Source: Pseudomonadota bacterium (GTDB lineage: Bacteria > Pseudomonadota > Gammaproteobacteria > Acidiferrobacterales > UBA6901). Taken from it: 64,000 bases of DNA. The DNA is taken from contig JAJYEX010000006.1 of NCBI GenBank assembly GCA_021785515.1, forward strand, positions 100,251 through 164,250, read 5' to 3'. The translations under genes were made by a program, and so were the position numbers. The notes under the pieces are model-generated. The model had not been told where the DNA came from, ran no database searches, and was given only the letters and a program-made list of their open reading frames with translations. Shown piece after piece: positions 52,013 through 62,109 of this stretch. Position 1 is the first letter of the stretch. Every line of letters begins with the position of its first letter.

Positions 52013-54202
52013 ATGGACGTCACGCACCTCCTCGACAATCTTAACGAGGCACAGCGGCAGGCCGTCACGGCACCGCCAACCCCCCTGCTCGTATTGGCGG
52101 GTGCCGGAAGCGGAAAAACGCGAGTGCTCACCCACCGTATCTCCTGGCTGGTGGAAACCCAGGGCGTTTCGCCGCTGACGATCATGGCCGTAACATTCAC
52201 CAACAAGGCCGCTCACGAAATGCGCGGGCGCATCGAGGCGATGCTCGGGTTTTCGGTATCGGGAATGTGGGTGGGCACTTTTCATGGCCTTTCGCACCGG
52301 CTTCTGCGGGCACATTTCCGGGAGGCTGGGCTTCCGCAGAACTTTCAGATTCTCGATAGCGACGACCAGCTGCGCATGGTACGGCGCACGCTCAAATTCC
52401 TGGAGCTCGACGAAGCGTACTGGCCGCCGCGGCAAGCTCAGTGGTTCATCAATGGCCACAAGGAGGCTGGCCGACGCCCCGCCCAGCTTGCCGCAGGCGT
52501 CGACCCGCAGACACGCCAATGGCTACGGGTCTATGAAGCATACGAGGAAGCCTGCCGGCGAGCCGGCGTCGTTGATTTCGGCGAGCTGATGCTGCGTGCG
52601 TACGAACTGCTGCGTGATGACAGCCACCTGCGCGCGCACTATCAGTCGCGGTTCCAGCACATTTTGGTCGACGAATTCCAGGACACAAACGCCATCCAGT
52701 ACAGCTGGCTCAAGCTCTTTGCCGGCACCCGCGGCAAACTCTTCGTTGTCGGCGACGATGACCAGTCCATTTACGGCTGGCGCGGTGCCATGGTGGAAAA
52801 CATTCGACGCTTCGAAAAGGACCAGCCTGGCACTGTGGTCATTCGACTGGAGCAGAATTACCGGTCCACCGGTACCATACTGGATGCGGCCAACAGCGTC
52901 ATACGGAACAACTCCGGCCGTCTTGGCAAGGAGCTCTGGACACGCGGCAGCCGTGGCGCACCCATCCGCATCTATGCTGCCTACAACGATATCGACGAGG
53001 CCCGTTTCGTCTTGGACCGGATCGAAGCATGGGTCACAGCCGGTCACCGCCGGTCCGAAGTTGCCGTGTTGTACCGTTCCAACGCCCAATCACGGATTTT
53101 CGAGGAAACCCTGATCAACGCCGGCGTTCCCTACCGGGTGTACGGCGGCTTGCGGTTCTTCGAGCGCGCCGAAATCAAAGATGCACTCGCCTATCTGCGG
53201 CTGGTGGCCAATCGGCATGACGATCCGTCATTCGAACGTGTGGCTAACGTGCCGACCCGTGGCATCGGCGAGCGGACGCTCGAAACCCTGCGCGCGATTG
53301 CACGCAAGGGGCCACTATCGCTTTGGGAATCCGCCACCAAGGCCATAGCTGACGGCGAGATCGGCAACCGTGCAGCCGGGGCGTTACGTGCATTTCTGGA
53401 CCTGATCGAGCGCATTGCCGCTGAAACCGCCGGCCATCCGCTGGCAGAGCAGATCGAACAGATGCTGCGGTTGAGCGGGCTGGCGGATTTTCACCGTAAC
53501 GACAAGAGCGAGAAGGCCGAGATGCGGGCCGAGAACCTCGAGGAACTGGTCAATGCCGGGCGCAATTACCGGCATGATGAGAGTTCCGGGGTGGACCTGC
53601 TTTCCGCGTTTCTCGCCCATGCTGCGCTCGAGGCGGGCGAGGGCGAGGCCGACAGCTGGGAGGACTGTGTACAGCTCATGAGCCTGCATTCGGCCAAGGG
53701 ACTCGAGTTTCCGCTGGTATTTCTCACTGGCATGGAAGAAGGACTGTTTCCCCACCAGCGCTCGCTGCAGGAACCCGGGCGCTTGGAGGAGGAACGGCGC
53801 CTTTGCTACGTTGGTATGACACGCGCCATGAAGGAGCTGTATTTGACCAGTGCCGAGGTCCGCCGGCTTTACGGCAGAGAATACTACACTAGCCCGTCGC
53901 GGTTTCTTACGGAGATCCCACCGGAGCTCACCGAACAGGTGCGGTTCGGGTCAAGCGCTGCCGGGCGTCACGGGCCTGCGGCACCTTCCGCCACCGGGGT
54001 GTCTGCGACCGTCCGGGAGCCCGGTACAACCTACACCCAGAACGGGCTGCGTTTGGGCGGGCGCGTGCGTCATGAGAAGTTCGGTGAGGGCATCATACTC
54101 AGCGTCGAGGGGCGGGGCGAACACACCCGGGTCCAGGTGAACTTCCAGGACACCGGCGCAAAATGGCTGGTAGCCGCCTATGCCAAACTGCTTCCGATCT
54201 GA
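52013..54202 (+). CDS. uvrD: DNA helicase II
   Basis: LAGAGSGKTRVL, VDEFQDTN, VGDDDQSIYGWRGA, HSAKGLEFP, EEERRLCYV, C-terminal Tudor-like domain. Confidence 0.97.
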   Translation: MDVTHLLDNLNEAQRQAVTAPPTPLLVLAGAGSGKTRVLTHRISWLVETQGVSPLTIMAVTFTNKAAHEMRGRIEAMLGFSVSGMWVGTFHGLSHRLLRAHFREAGLPQNFQILDSDDQLRMVRRTLKFLELDEAYWPPRQAQWFINGHKEAGRRPAQLAAGVDPQTRQWLRVYEAYEEACRRAGVVDFGELMLRAYELLRDDSHLRAHYQSRFQHILVDEFQDTNAIQYSWLKLFAGTRGKLFVVGDDDQSIYGWRGAMVENIRRFEKDQPGTVVIRLEQNYRSTGTILDAANSVIRNNSGRLGKELWTRGSRGAPIRIYAAYNDIDEARFVLDRIEAWVTAGHRRSEVAVLYRSNAQSRIFEETLINAGVPYRVYGGLRFFERAEIKDALAYLRLVANRHDDPSFERVANVPTRGIGERTLETLRAIARKGPLSLWESATKAIADGEIGNRAAGALRAFLDLIERIAAETAGHPLAEQIEQMLRLSGLADFHRNDKSEKAEMRAENLEELVNAGRNYRHDESSGVDLLSAFLAHAALEAGEGEADSWEDCVQLMSLHSAKGLEFPLVFLTGMEEGLFPHQRSLQEPGRLEEERRLCYVGMTRAMKELYLTSAEVRRLYGREYYTSPSRFLTEIPPELTEQVRFGSSAAGRHGPAAPSATGVSATVREPGTTYTQNGLRLGGRVRHEKFGEGIILSVEGRGEHTRVQVNFQDTGAKWLVAAYAKLLPI

Positions 54203-54340
54203 TTCGGGTGTGCGGGCGCGGATTTGACACTTTGTCTGCGCCGGGCCAATCTGTGGGGTGGAGGGGCCGTCTGTCCGTTACGGTCGGACGTGAAAAGCTG
54301 TGGGTTATGGTAATACTTTAGGTCCAGAACGGGGTAAGCC

Positions 54341-55114
54341 ATGCCGAGTCATGCTGCGAAAACATCCGGGGGGACGCGGTCGCAAGTGCTGCTGCTGCTG
54401 ACAGTGGCACTGGTCATATTCGCAGGGAGCGCGGCGGTCAACCTGCTGATCGTCTATACCGGATCGGTGGCCAGACCGCCGCTGGTCCTGGTGCTTGCGG
54501 GGTCGGCACTGATGACAGCGATCCTGGTGCCCACCGTGTACGCCCTGATCAGGGCGCCGCTGGCGCGTGCATATGCACAACAGCTGCAGGCGGCCGGCCT
54601 TGACGACAGCAGTCAATCAGCCGTGACTGACCCGGTAACACGCCTTGCCAACCGGCGCGGTATCACTTCCAGCCTGATTGAGGCCATGGCCCAGGCGGAA
54701 CGCTATGGGGATCCTCTGTCAGTGGCGATGGCCAAAATCGACGATCTCGAGCGGATCGCCAACGCCCATGGGCGCAAGGCCACCGAACAGGTTCTTCAGA
54801 CCGTGGCCGCAGTCCTCGGGGAGACCCTCCGGATGCCTGATCGCGCCGGGCGATACAGCGAAAGGGAGTTTCTCATCCTGCTGCCACATACCAAACTGAA
54901 AGACGCCAGCAAGATCACCGAGCGCGTGCGTCGGGGCGTAGCTGCCGCGTCGTTGTCGCTGGGCGAGCGCAAGACAAAGATCGGCGTCACCCTCGGAGCA
55001 ACGGAATTTCGCAAGGGCGAAGACCTCGAACAGCTGCTGAGCCGCGTGGAAAAGTCGGCGTCCGGCTCCAGTAAACCCTCTTCCGGTCGCGCCGGCGGCA
55101 AGAAGTCGGCCTGA
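54341..55114 (+). CDS. Membrane-anchored degenerate GGDEF protein
   Basis: Two N-terminal TMs, TDPVTRLANRR, RMPD I-site, SEREF in place of GGDEF. Confidence 0.8.
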   Translation: MPSHAAKTSGGTRSQVLLLLTVALVIFAGSAAVNLLIVYTGSVARPPLVLVLAGSALMTAILVPTVYALIRAPLARAYAQQLQAAGLDDSSQSAVTDPVTRLANRRGITSSLIEAMAQAERYGDPLSVAMAKIDDLERIANAHGRKATEQVLQTVAAVLGETLRMPDRAGRYSEREFLILLPHTKLKDASKITERVRRGVAAASLSLGERKTKIGVTLGATEFRKGEDLEQLLSRVEKSASGSSKPSSGRAGGKKSA

Positions 55115-55142
55115 AGGCAATGGGTCCGGCGGGGACCCCAAG

Positions 55143-56078
55143 CTACCGGATCATGGCCTCGACCACGGCGGTCCAGGCGCCGGCCAGATTGTCGCGATCG
55201 TACCCTCCTCCGCCCATGACCACCATGCGCCCGCAGCAGCATTCATCGGCCAGCTGACGCAGTCGGGCCGTAACATGGCTGTGCACCGCGACGGTGTAGT
55301 TCAGGTGCGTTAGTGGATCTCCGGCAATACTGTCGGCCCCTGCCTGCAGCAGAATGAACTGCGGATTCCTGGCCCGGATAAACTCTTCCATGCGTGGCCA
55401 TGCGCGCTGAAAATCGGCGTCGTCCGCCCCCGGCTTCATGGGGACATTGAGTTTTGTGCCGACTGCAGGGCCGGTACCCGTCTCGCTCGCGGCGCCGGTA
55501 CCCGGATACAGATAGCGGCCGTCCTCGTGCACGTCGACGATAAATATATCGGGATCGCTATCGTAGGAGTAGAAGACACCGTCGCCGTGGTGGGCATCGA
55601 TATCGACGTAGGCGATGCGGCGAATATTGTGTACCGTGCGCAGCGTCTCGATAGCCATCCCGATATCATTGAAAACGCAAAAACCGCCCGCCGCATCACG
55701 GCGGGCGTGATGCAGGCCTGCGATCGGCACGAAGGCCCGTACCCCACCCGCCATCACGCGCCTGACTGCGTCCAGCGTGGAGCCGGCCACGTACGATGCC
55801 GCCTCGAACACCCCGGGATATGCGGGCGTGTCACCACCATCCAAGTAGCCGCCCCCGGCGTCCGACATGCGGCGCACGCGCGCCACGTATTCGGGGGCAT
55901 GGAAACGCAACAGCTCGGATTCGGTGGCAGCGACCGGTCTGACAACGTCGACCTCCAGGTCCAGACCTTTGCGTGTACAAAGCTGCCAGAAGGCACCCAA
56001 CCGGTCAGTACCGAAGGGATGGCCGCTGCCAAAACCGTAGCGCGCCAGCTCAGCGCCGTAATACAGTTGCAGCCGCAT
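55143..56078 (-). CDS. Zn-dependent deacetylase (histone deacetylase/AcuC family)
   Basis: AGLHHA, GFCVFND, DIDAHHGDG, YPGTG, GGGGY. Confidence 0.92.
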   Translation of the reverse strand: MRLQLYYGAELARYGFGSGHPFGTDRLGAFWQLCTRKGLDLEVDVVRPVAATESELLRFHAPEYVARVRRMSDAGGGYLDGGDTPAYPGVFEAASYVAGSTLDAVRRVMAGGVRAFVPIAGLHHARRDAAGGFCVFNDIGMAIETLRTVHNIRRIAYVDIDAHHGDGVFYSYDSDPDIFIVDVHEDGRYLYPGTGAASETGTGPAVGTKLNVPMKPGADDADFQRAWPRMEEFIRARNPQFILLQAGADSIAGDPLTHLNYTVAVHSHVTARLRQLADECCCGRMVVMGGGGYDRDNLAGAWTAVVEAMIR

Positions 56079-56185
56079 ATCGATGCGCCTCGCGATCCAC
56101 CGCCGCCCTGCCTGAAGGGGGGCGTGGGGGGAAAGAAACGGCCACCGAAGCAGTCGCCAGCACGTTTCATGCGTCTGCGTTGCTG

Positions 56186-56965
56186 TTAACCGAACACGTC
56201 CTCATAGCTGTGGTACATCCCGCCAACCAAAAACGGCAGGCTTACCACGCCGAGGACAAACAGCATCAGGTAGTCCTTTGGAAAATCCAGCGCGAAATAC
56301 AGCACGTCTGCGACCGCGCTGACAACCGCAAATGGAATGCCGAAAACCACGAGTGACGCGGCGTTGCGGAGACAGGCGCGAAAACTCTTCTGGATCGCCG
56401 TCAGCGGGTATTCCTTCTTGAACAGCACCAGGGGCACGGCATAAAAGATCGCCATCACCAGGGAAACCTCCAATACCAGCACAATCACGAGACTCACGAG
56501 GGCCGGCAGCCAGATCGCTGGTCCGACGCTGCCTGCAAGCATGGCCGGGAGTGCCGGACCGCCCACCTTGAGCAGCTGGGCAAGAATCTCGATCACGACT
56601 GCGGCGCTCAGCGTCAGCGTGCTGATCACCATGATCGGCATCAGCTCCTCTTCCCGGGAAAAGCCGCTGAACAGCTGACGCACCGCGCGATGCAGATGGC
56701 CTCCGGCGCCGCGCGCGCTCCGTCCCTTTATGCCCTGCGCCTGGTCCTGGAGCTCCTGTGCGCTGCGCAGCACCCCAGCAAGCAGGGCGGGGCTGATCAG
56801 GATAAGAATGAGCACCCCTACAAACGGGATCATCTGGAGTGCAACGGCAATGGCCATGTATATGCCGACCATGCCCAACCAGAGTGTCCAGTCCTTGCTA
56901 ATCAGACCCCAGCTACCAGCGATCCAAGACAGGCCGCGCAGAGCCTTGCTATTCATTGATCTCAA
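56186..56965 (-). CDS. BPSS1780-family-like membrane protein
   Basis: RGLSWIAGSW..., multiple TMs, C-terminal YHSYEDVFG. Confidence 0.75.
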   Translation of the reverse strand: MRSMNSKALRGLSWIAGSWGLISKDWTLWLGMVGIYMAIAVALQMIPFVGVLILILISPALLAGVLRSAQELQDQAQGIKGRSARGAGGHLHRAVRQLFSGFSREEELMPIMVISTLTLSAAVVIEILAQLLKVGGPALPAMLAGSVGPAIWLPALVSLVIVLVLEVSLVMAIFYAVPLVLFKKEYPLTAIQKSFRACLRNAASLVVFGIPFAVVSAVADVLYFALDFPKDYLMLFVLGVVSLPFLVGGMYHSYEDVFG

Positions 56966-57428
56966 TGCTGCAACCCTCTTTTAGACTGGACAGATACCGC
57001 GCATGACCGGAGGCGCCATGCTGCGCACACAACCGCAGCGCTGGGGACGATCCACTAGCCTGCCCGGACAGCACCCGGCACATCTCCATAATGCGAAAAA
57101 TGCGCATCGTAAAGCGCGTGCGAGCAGCAGCGCAAGGGCAACCTGGCCTTGCGCTGCGGCGCGACCGACGACTGCGCCGATACCGCACCAGACAGCGCGT
57201 CAGCGATGCTCTTGCAGACCTTGCCCAAGCGCCGAGGGACGTCCTGTGGGCAATAGGGCAACGGCCTCCCGCTGGGGAGGATTGCGTCGTAGCGGCCGAA
57301 TATGGCAGGCAGACGCAAGTTCGCGTCTGCCTGCCAGAACCGGGGGGCACATTGGGACCCGCGCTGCGCTATCGCGCCAGCGCGGCGAAGGGGCCGGCAA
57401 AAATCCGGCGGCCAACAGCGCTAGGACC

Positions 57429-57788
57429 TCAAAAATGCCGGATCAGCCACATTGGCGGGGATAGCCGCGGCGCAATATTGCTGCGACTGAAATGCCCGCC
57501 GCCGCGTCGGTCGATAAGGTAATAGGGTGGGCCTTTTTCAGGTATCACCTCGATCATGTACAGCACCCCATTCATGCGGTATTCCTTGTATCGGGTCGTC
57601 CCGCGGGTCGTTATGGTGATCTGCGGGGGCGGCAACCGGTCCGTGGATTCCGCCGGAGGTTGCGGCATGGGGGGTTTTGCCACCGGCGCCGGTGACTGCA
57701 CGTCAGGCGTATTGCCGTGGCGGTCGGCCGCTGATGTCGTCGCATACGGCAGGAGTATAAGAAGCGCCAGCAGCCAGTGCCTACGCAT
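57429..57788 (-). CDS. DUF2782 family exported protein
   Basis: Signal peptide, EYRMNGVLYMIEVIPEKGPPYYLID, PPMWLI; typical neighbour of LOG/polA. Confidence 0.85.
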   Translation of the reverse strand: MRRHWLLALLILLPYATTSAADRHGNTPDVQSPAPVAKPPMPQPPAESTDRLPPPQITITTRGTTRYKEYRMNGVLYMIEVIPEKGPPYYLIDRRGGGHFSRSNIAPRLSPPMWLIRHF

Positions 57789-57817
57789 GAATAATCCCGC
57801 GCCCGACGTTTCGCGAC

Positions 57818-58558
57818 TCACAGTTCAAGCTCCTTCTCCCGCTCTTCAGCGGATAGTCCGAAACCGCCACGTCCTTCATAATACCGGAATATGGCATCCA
57901 GCACATCTTGCGGCTGATCTGCCAGGACGAACAGCTCCAGGTCGCGCTCACCGATCGTGCCTTCGACCACCAGGGTATCCTTGAACCATTCGACCAGGCC
58001 TGACCAGAACGGCCGATGCACGAGTATGATCGGGATACGCCTGCCTTTTCCGGTCTGCACCAAGGTGAGTATCTCGGCCAGCTCGTCGAGGGTGCCGAAA
58101 CCGCCTGGCAGAACGACGTAGGCGGACGCATATTTCACAAACATGACCTTGCGCGCAAAGAAATGGCGGAAACTCAGGCTGATATCCTGGTAGGGGTTGC
58201 TGTGCTGCTCGTGCGGAAGCTTGATGTTCAGTCCGACGCTTGCGGATTTTCCCGCAAAGGCCCCCTTGTTGGCGGCCTCCATGATTCCCGGGCCACCACC
58301 ACTTACAACCGAGAAGCCTGCGTCGGACAGCAGCCGGGATATTTCCTCGGCGGCAACATAGTACGGATGTCCCGGCGGGATACGGGCCGATCCGAAAATA
58401 CTTACGGACGGGCGGATGAGGGCAAGACGCTCGAATCCCTCCACGAATTCGGCCATGATCTGGAAGATCTTCCATGACTCGCGGGCCAGCGCCGACGACG
58501 GGGAGGCAAGAGAATCCAGGGATTTCGGGGATATCGGAGCGTCGTTCTTCATGATCAA
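57818..58558 (-). CDS. LOG family (TIGR00730) nucleotide phosphoribohydrolase
   Basis: FGSAR, SGGGPGIMEAANKG, RKVMF, PGGFGTLDEL. Confidence 0.93.
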   Translation of the reverse strand: MIMKNDAPISPKSLDSLASPSSALARESWKIFQIMAEFVEGFERLALIRPSVSIFGSARIPPGHPYYVAAEEISRLLSDAGFSVVSGGGPGIMEAANKGAFAGKSASVGLNIKLPHEQHSNPYQDISLSFRHFFARKVMFVKYASAYVVLPGGFGTLDELAEILTLVQTGKGRRIPIILVHRPFWSGLVEWFKDTLVVEGTIGERDLELFVLADQPQDVLDAIFRYYEGRGGFGLSAEEREKELEL

Positions 58559-58596
58559 TGTTGCCTTTGTAGCACAAAGCGGGGCATCCTCACAGC

Positions 58597-61287
58597 ATGA
58601 ATGAATTTAGGCCAATGGTGCTGGTGGACGGATCGTCTTACCTGTACCGGGCATTTCATGCCATGCCGAAGCTGACCAACTCCCGGGGCGAGCACACCGG
58701 GGCGGTCTACGGGGTGGCCAACATGCTGCGCAAGCTGTTATCGGACTATGAACCCGAGTACATAGCGGTCGTGTTTGACGCGCCCGGCAAAACCTTTCGC
58801 GACGCCATCTACGAGGAATATAAAGCCAACCGGCCGCCCATGCCGGCGGAGCTGAGCGCACAGATCGGACCGCTCTACGCCCTGGTACGGGCCATGGGGC
58901 TGACACTGCTCCAGGTTGAGGGTGTCGAGGCTGACGACGTCATTGCCACGCTCGCCACCCAGGCAACCGATCGCGGCATGGACACGGTGATTTCTACCGG
59001 CGACAAGGACCTGGCACAGCTCGTGAGCGACCACGTAACCCTGATTGATACGATGACCGGCACAACGTATGACCGCGCCGGCGTTATCGGCAAGTTTGGC
59101 GTACCCCCGGAGCGCATCGTGGATTATCTGGCCCTGGTGGGGGATTCAGTCGACAACATTCCCGGCGTGCCAAAGGTTGGGCCAAAGACTGCCACCCAGT
59201 GGCTGCAGCAGTACGGGTCACTGGACGCCATTGAGCAACACGCCGGTGAGATCGGCGGCAAGGCTGGAGAAAATCTGCGCGCCTCGTTCGAAACTGTGCG
59301 GCTATCGCAACGCCTGGCAACGGTGGACCGCCACGTCAAGCTCGATTTGGCTGTGCCCGATCTGCAGCGGCGCGAACCAGACGCGGCACAGCTGCGGCAA
59401 CTGTACATGGATCTTGAATTCAGGAGCTGGCTGGCAAATCTTGGGGGAATAAACCGTACCTCCGAAGTCACGACCGGCAATGCCAGCTATGACACCATTC
59501 TCGAGCTGGCACAGCTGGATCGGTGGATAGAACGTCTGCGCGCCGCGCCGTTGTTCGCGGTTGACACCGAGACCACCGATCTTGACGTCATGAATGCGGA
59601 GCTCGTCGGCCTGTCCTTCACCGACCACTGCGGCCAGGGTGCGTACGTGCCGATCGGACACACCGGACCGGGGACACCGACGCAACTCGACCGCAAACTG
59701 GTGCTACAGAAACTAAAGAGCCTGTTTGAGGATGACAGCCGCAAGAAAGTGGGACAAAACCTGAAGTATGACCTGAGCATCCTATCCAACCACGGAATCG
59801 ATCTGCGCGGGATCGAATTTGACACGATGCTTGAATCCTATGTGCTGGACAGTACCGGCTCGCGCCACGACATGGATAGCCTTGCGCTCAAATATCTCGG
59901 CTACAAGACCGTTACGTACGAGGACGTTACCGGAAAAGGCAAGAATCAGATCAACTTCAGCGAAGTTCCCTTAGACCGGGCAAGCCACTACGCAGCCGAG
60001 GATGCGGACATTACCCTGCGCCTGCATGAGAGCCTGTGGCCGCGACTTCAGGAGTTGCCGTCCCTTGCAAAGCTTTTCCGGGAGATTGAAATGCCGCTGG
60101 TTCCAGTGCTCTCCCGGATTGAGCGCCACGGCGTGCGGATCGACACGGATATGCTCCGGCGCCAGAGCGGCGAGCTGGCACACCGGCTGGCGGAGCTGGA
60201 ACAGGAGGCATACCGGATCGCAGGCCAACCCTTCAATCTGGCGTCGCCACTACAGATCCAGGAAGTGCTTTTCAATCAGTTGAAGCTGCCCGTTCTGAAG
60301 AAAACTCCAAAAGGGCAGCCATCAACCGCCGAGGAAGTCCTGCAAGAGCTGTCGATTGACTATCCGCTGCCGCGCGTGATCCTGGAATACCGGGGCATCG
60401 CCAAGCTGAAATCAACCTATACCGACAAGCTTCCGGACATGGTCAACCCGCGCACCGGGCGGGTACACACTTCTTACCACCAGGCGGTTGCTGCAACCGG
60501 CCGGCTGTCATCCTCCGACCCGAACCTGCAGAATATTCCGGTGCGCACCGCCGAGGGCCGCCGCATCCGCCAGGCTTTTGTTCCGGAGGACGGAAACCTG
60601 TTGCTGTCGGCAGACTATTCCCAGATCGAGTTGCGCATCATGGCGCATCTTTCCGGAGACCGGGGTCTGCTTGCAGCCTTCGAGCAGGGTTCGGATGTAC
60701 ACAGGGCCACTGCCGCCGAAGTCTTCGGCATGCCGCCGGAACAGGTTACCGACGAGATGCGCCGCAATGCCAAGGCAATCAACTTCGGTCTGATCTACGG
60801 CATGTCCGCGTTCGGGCTCGCGCAGCAGCTGCGGATCGACCGCGGCGCTGCTCAGGCCTACATCGATCTCTATTTCGCGCGCTATCCCGCGGTCAAGGAA
60901 TTTATGGATCGCACGCGCGCCCAGGCGCATGCCACCGGTTATGTGGAAACCGTGTTTGGACGCAGGCTGTATCTGCCGGAGATCAATACCGCCAACCAGG
61001 CGCGCCGGCAATACGCCGAGCGCACCGCGATCAACGCGCCCATGCAGGGGACGGCCGCTGATCTGATCAAGCTGGCGATGCTGGCAGTGGATGCCTGGAT
61101 CCTCGATTCCGGAATCCGGGCACGGATGATCATGCAGGTGCATGACGAACTGGTCTTTGAGATTCCGGAAACGGAACTGGAAACGGTGAGTCACGAGATC
61201 CGCCGGCTTATGACCGGCGCGGCCCAATTCGCCGTTCCCCTGGTCGTGGATATTGGCAGCGGGCGCAATTGGGATCAGGCTCACTGA
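58597..61287 (+). CDS. polA: DNA polymerase I
   Basis: VDGSSYLYRAFHA, DTETT exo motif, TGRLSSSDPNLQNIP, ADYSQIELR, QVHDELV. Confidence 0.98.
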   Translation: MNEFRPMVLVDGSSYLYRAFHAMPKLTNSRGEHTGAVYGVANMLRKLLSDYEPEYIAVVFDAPGKTFRDAIYEEYKANRPPMPAELSAQIGPLYALVRAMGLTLLQVEGVEADDVIATLATQATDRGMDTVISTGDKDLAQLVSDHVTLIDTMTGTTYDRAGVIGKFGVPPERIVDYLALVGDSVDNIPGVPKVGPKTATQWLQQYGSLDAIEQHAGEIGGKAGENLRASFETVRLSQRLATVDRHVKLDLAVPDLQRREPDAAQLRQLYMDLEFRSWLANLGGINRTSEVTTGNASYDTILELAQLDRWIERLRAAPLFAVDTETTDLDVMNAELVGLSFTDHCGQGAYVPIGHTGPGTPTQLDRKLVLQKLKSLFEDDSRKKVGQNLKYDLSILSNHGIDLRGIEFDTMLESYVLDSTGSRHDMDSLALKYLGYKTVTYEDVTGKGKNQINFSEVPLDRASHYAAEDADITLRLHESLWPRLQELPSLAKLFREIEMPLVPVLSRIERHGVRIDTDMLRRQSGELAHRLAELEQEAYRIAGQPFNLASPLQIQEVLFNQLKLPVLKKTPKGQPSTAEEVLQELSIDYPLPRVILEYRGIAKLKSTYTDKLPDMVNPRTGRVHTSYHQAVAATGRLSSSDPNLQNIPVRTAEGRRIRQAFVPEDGNLLLSADYSQIELRIMAHLSGDRGLLAAFEQGSDVHRATAAEVFGMPPEQVTDEMRRNAKAINFGLIYGMSAFGLAQQLRIDRGAAQAYIDLYFARYPAVKEFMDRTRAQAHATGYVETVFGRRLYLPEINTANQARRQYAERTAINAPMQGTAADLIKLAMLAVDAWILDSGIRARMIMQVHDELVFEIPETELETVSHEIRRLMTGAAQFAVPLVVDIGSGRNWDQAH

Positions 61288-61330
61288 AGCACCTACCGGG
61301 TCTGGCTGGAATTATTTTTCCGGGCACTCT

Positions 61331-61358
61331 GGAACTTTCACCAGCAGCGGAAGTCTTT
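61331..61358 (+). promoter_or_regulatory. sigmaE/AlgU-type ECF promoter
   Basis: GGAACTT-N16-TCTTT (consensus GGAACTT-N16-TCTAA/TCAAA). Confidence 0.55.
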
Positions 61359-61363
61359 GGAGT

Positions 61364-61479
61364 ATGGACGGTAATGCGTCCTACCCGCTCCTCCTCCCTG
61401 AGCGGGGAAAGTCCCGGACATTTTTCCGGGATTGCTTGTAAGCCCCGGACTCTCTCCCCTTGTTTCCGGGGTTTTTTTT
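61364..61479 (+). ncRNA. Candidate sRNA downstream of polA with four stem-loops and C-rich loops
   Basis: Hairpins 61366-61381, 61384-61406 (loop CTCCTCCCT), 61412-61431, 61443-61471 (loop CTCTCTCCCC...) ending in T8. Confidence 0.65.
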
Positions 61480-62109
61480 GTCCTGTTCCCCGGCCACTCC
61501 CAGCCACTGCAACACCCGGACTTGGGCCTCATTCACCCCTTCGCGCGTGAGCGCAGAGAACAGCTGCACCGACACGACGAACCCGCCGTCGGCCGCCTCC
61601 AGCATCCTGCGCGTGGCCGCCAGCGCCTCGGCGGCTGCACCATGACTCAATTTGTCGCACTTGCTGAGCAGCAGATGGACCGGCAACCCGGCGCTCTGGC
61701 ACCAGTCCAGCATCTGCCGGTCAAGCGGTCCCAGCGGCTGCCGGACGTCAGCCACCATCACGACACCGCGCAGGCTGCGGCGTTCCCCGAAAAAGGCTGC
61801 AATGGACTGCTGCCAGCGCGCCCTCACCGCCGCGGGGACTTTCGCGTAGCCGTATCCGGGCAGATCCACCAGGCGGCGCGACGGGCCAACCCCGAAGAAA
61901 TTGATCAGTCGGGTCCGGCCTGGAAGCTTGCTGGTGCGGGCCAGTGATCGACGACCGCAAATCGCATTGAGGGCACTGGATTTGCCCGCGTTCGAGCGTC
62001 CGGCAAACGCAACTTCGGTGCCATCGTCAGGCGGCAATTGTTCCGAGTTCTCGACACTCTGGAGAAACAACACCTCCGGAAAAAATGTGCCCGGTATTTG
62101 CGCCGGCAA
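61381..62109 (-). CDS. engB: Ribosome biogenesis GTPase YihA/EngB
   Basis: GRSNAGKSS, SKLPGRT, DLPGYGYAKV, SKCDK; TTG start after GGAGG. Confidence 0.95.
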   Translation of the reverse strand: MPAQIPGTFFPEVLFLQSVENSEQLPPDDGTEVAFAGRSNAGKSSALNAICGRRSLARTSKLPGRTRLINFFGVGPSRRLVDLPGYGYAKVPAAVRARWQQSIAAFFGERRSLRGVVMVADVRQPLGPLDRQMLDWCQSAGLPVHLLLSKCDKLSHGAAAEALAATRRMLEAADGGFVVSVQLFSALTREGVNEAQVRVLQWLGVAGEQDKKNPGNKGRESGAYKQSRKNVRDFPRSGRRSG

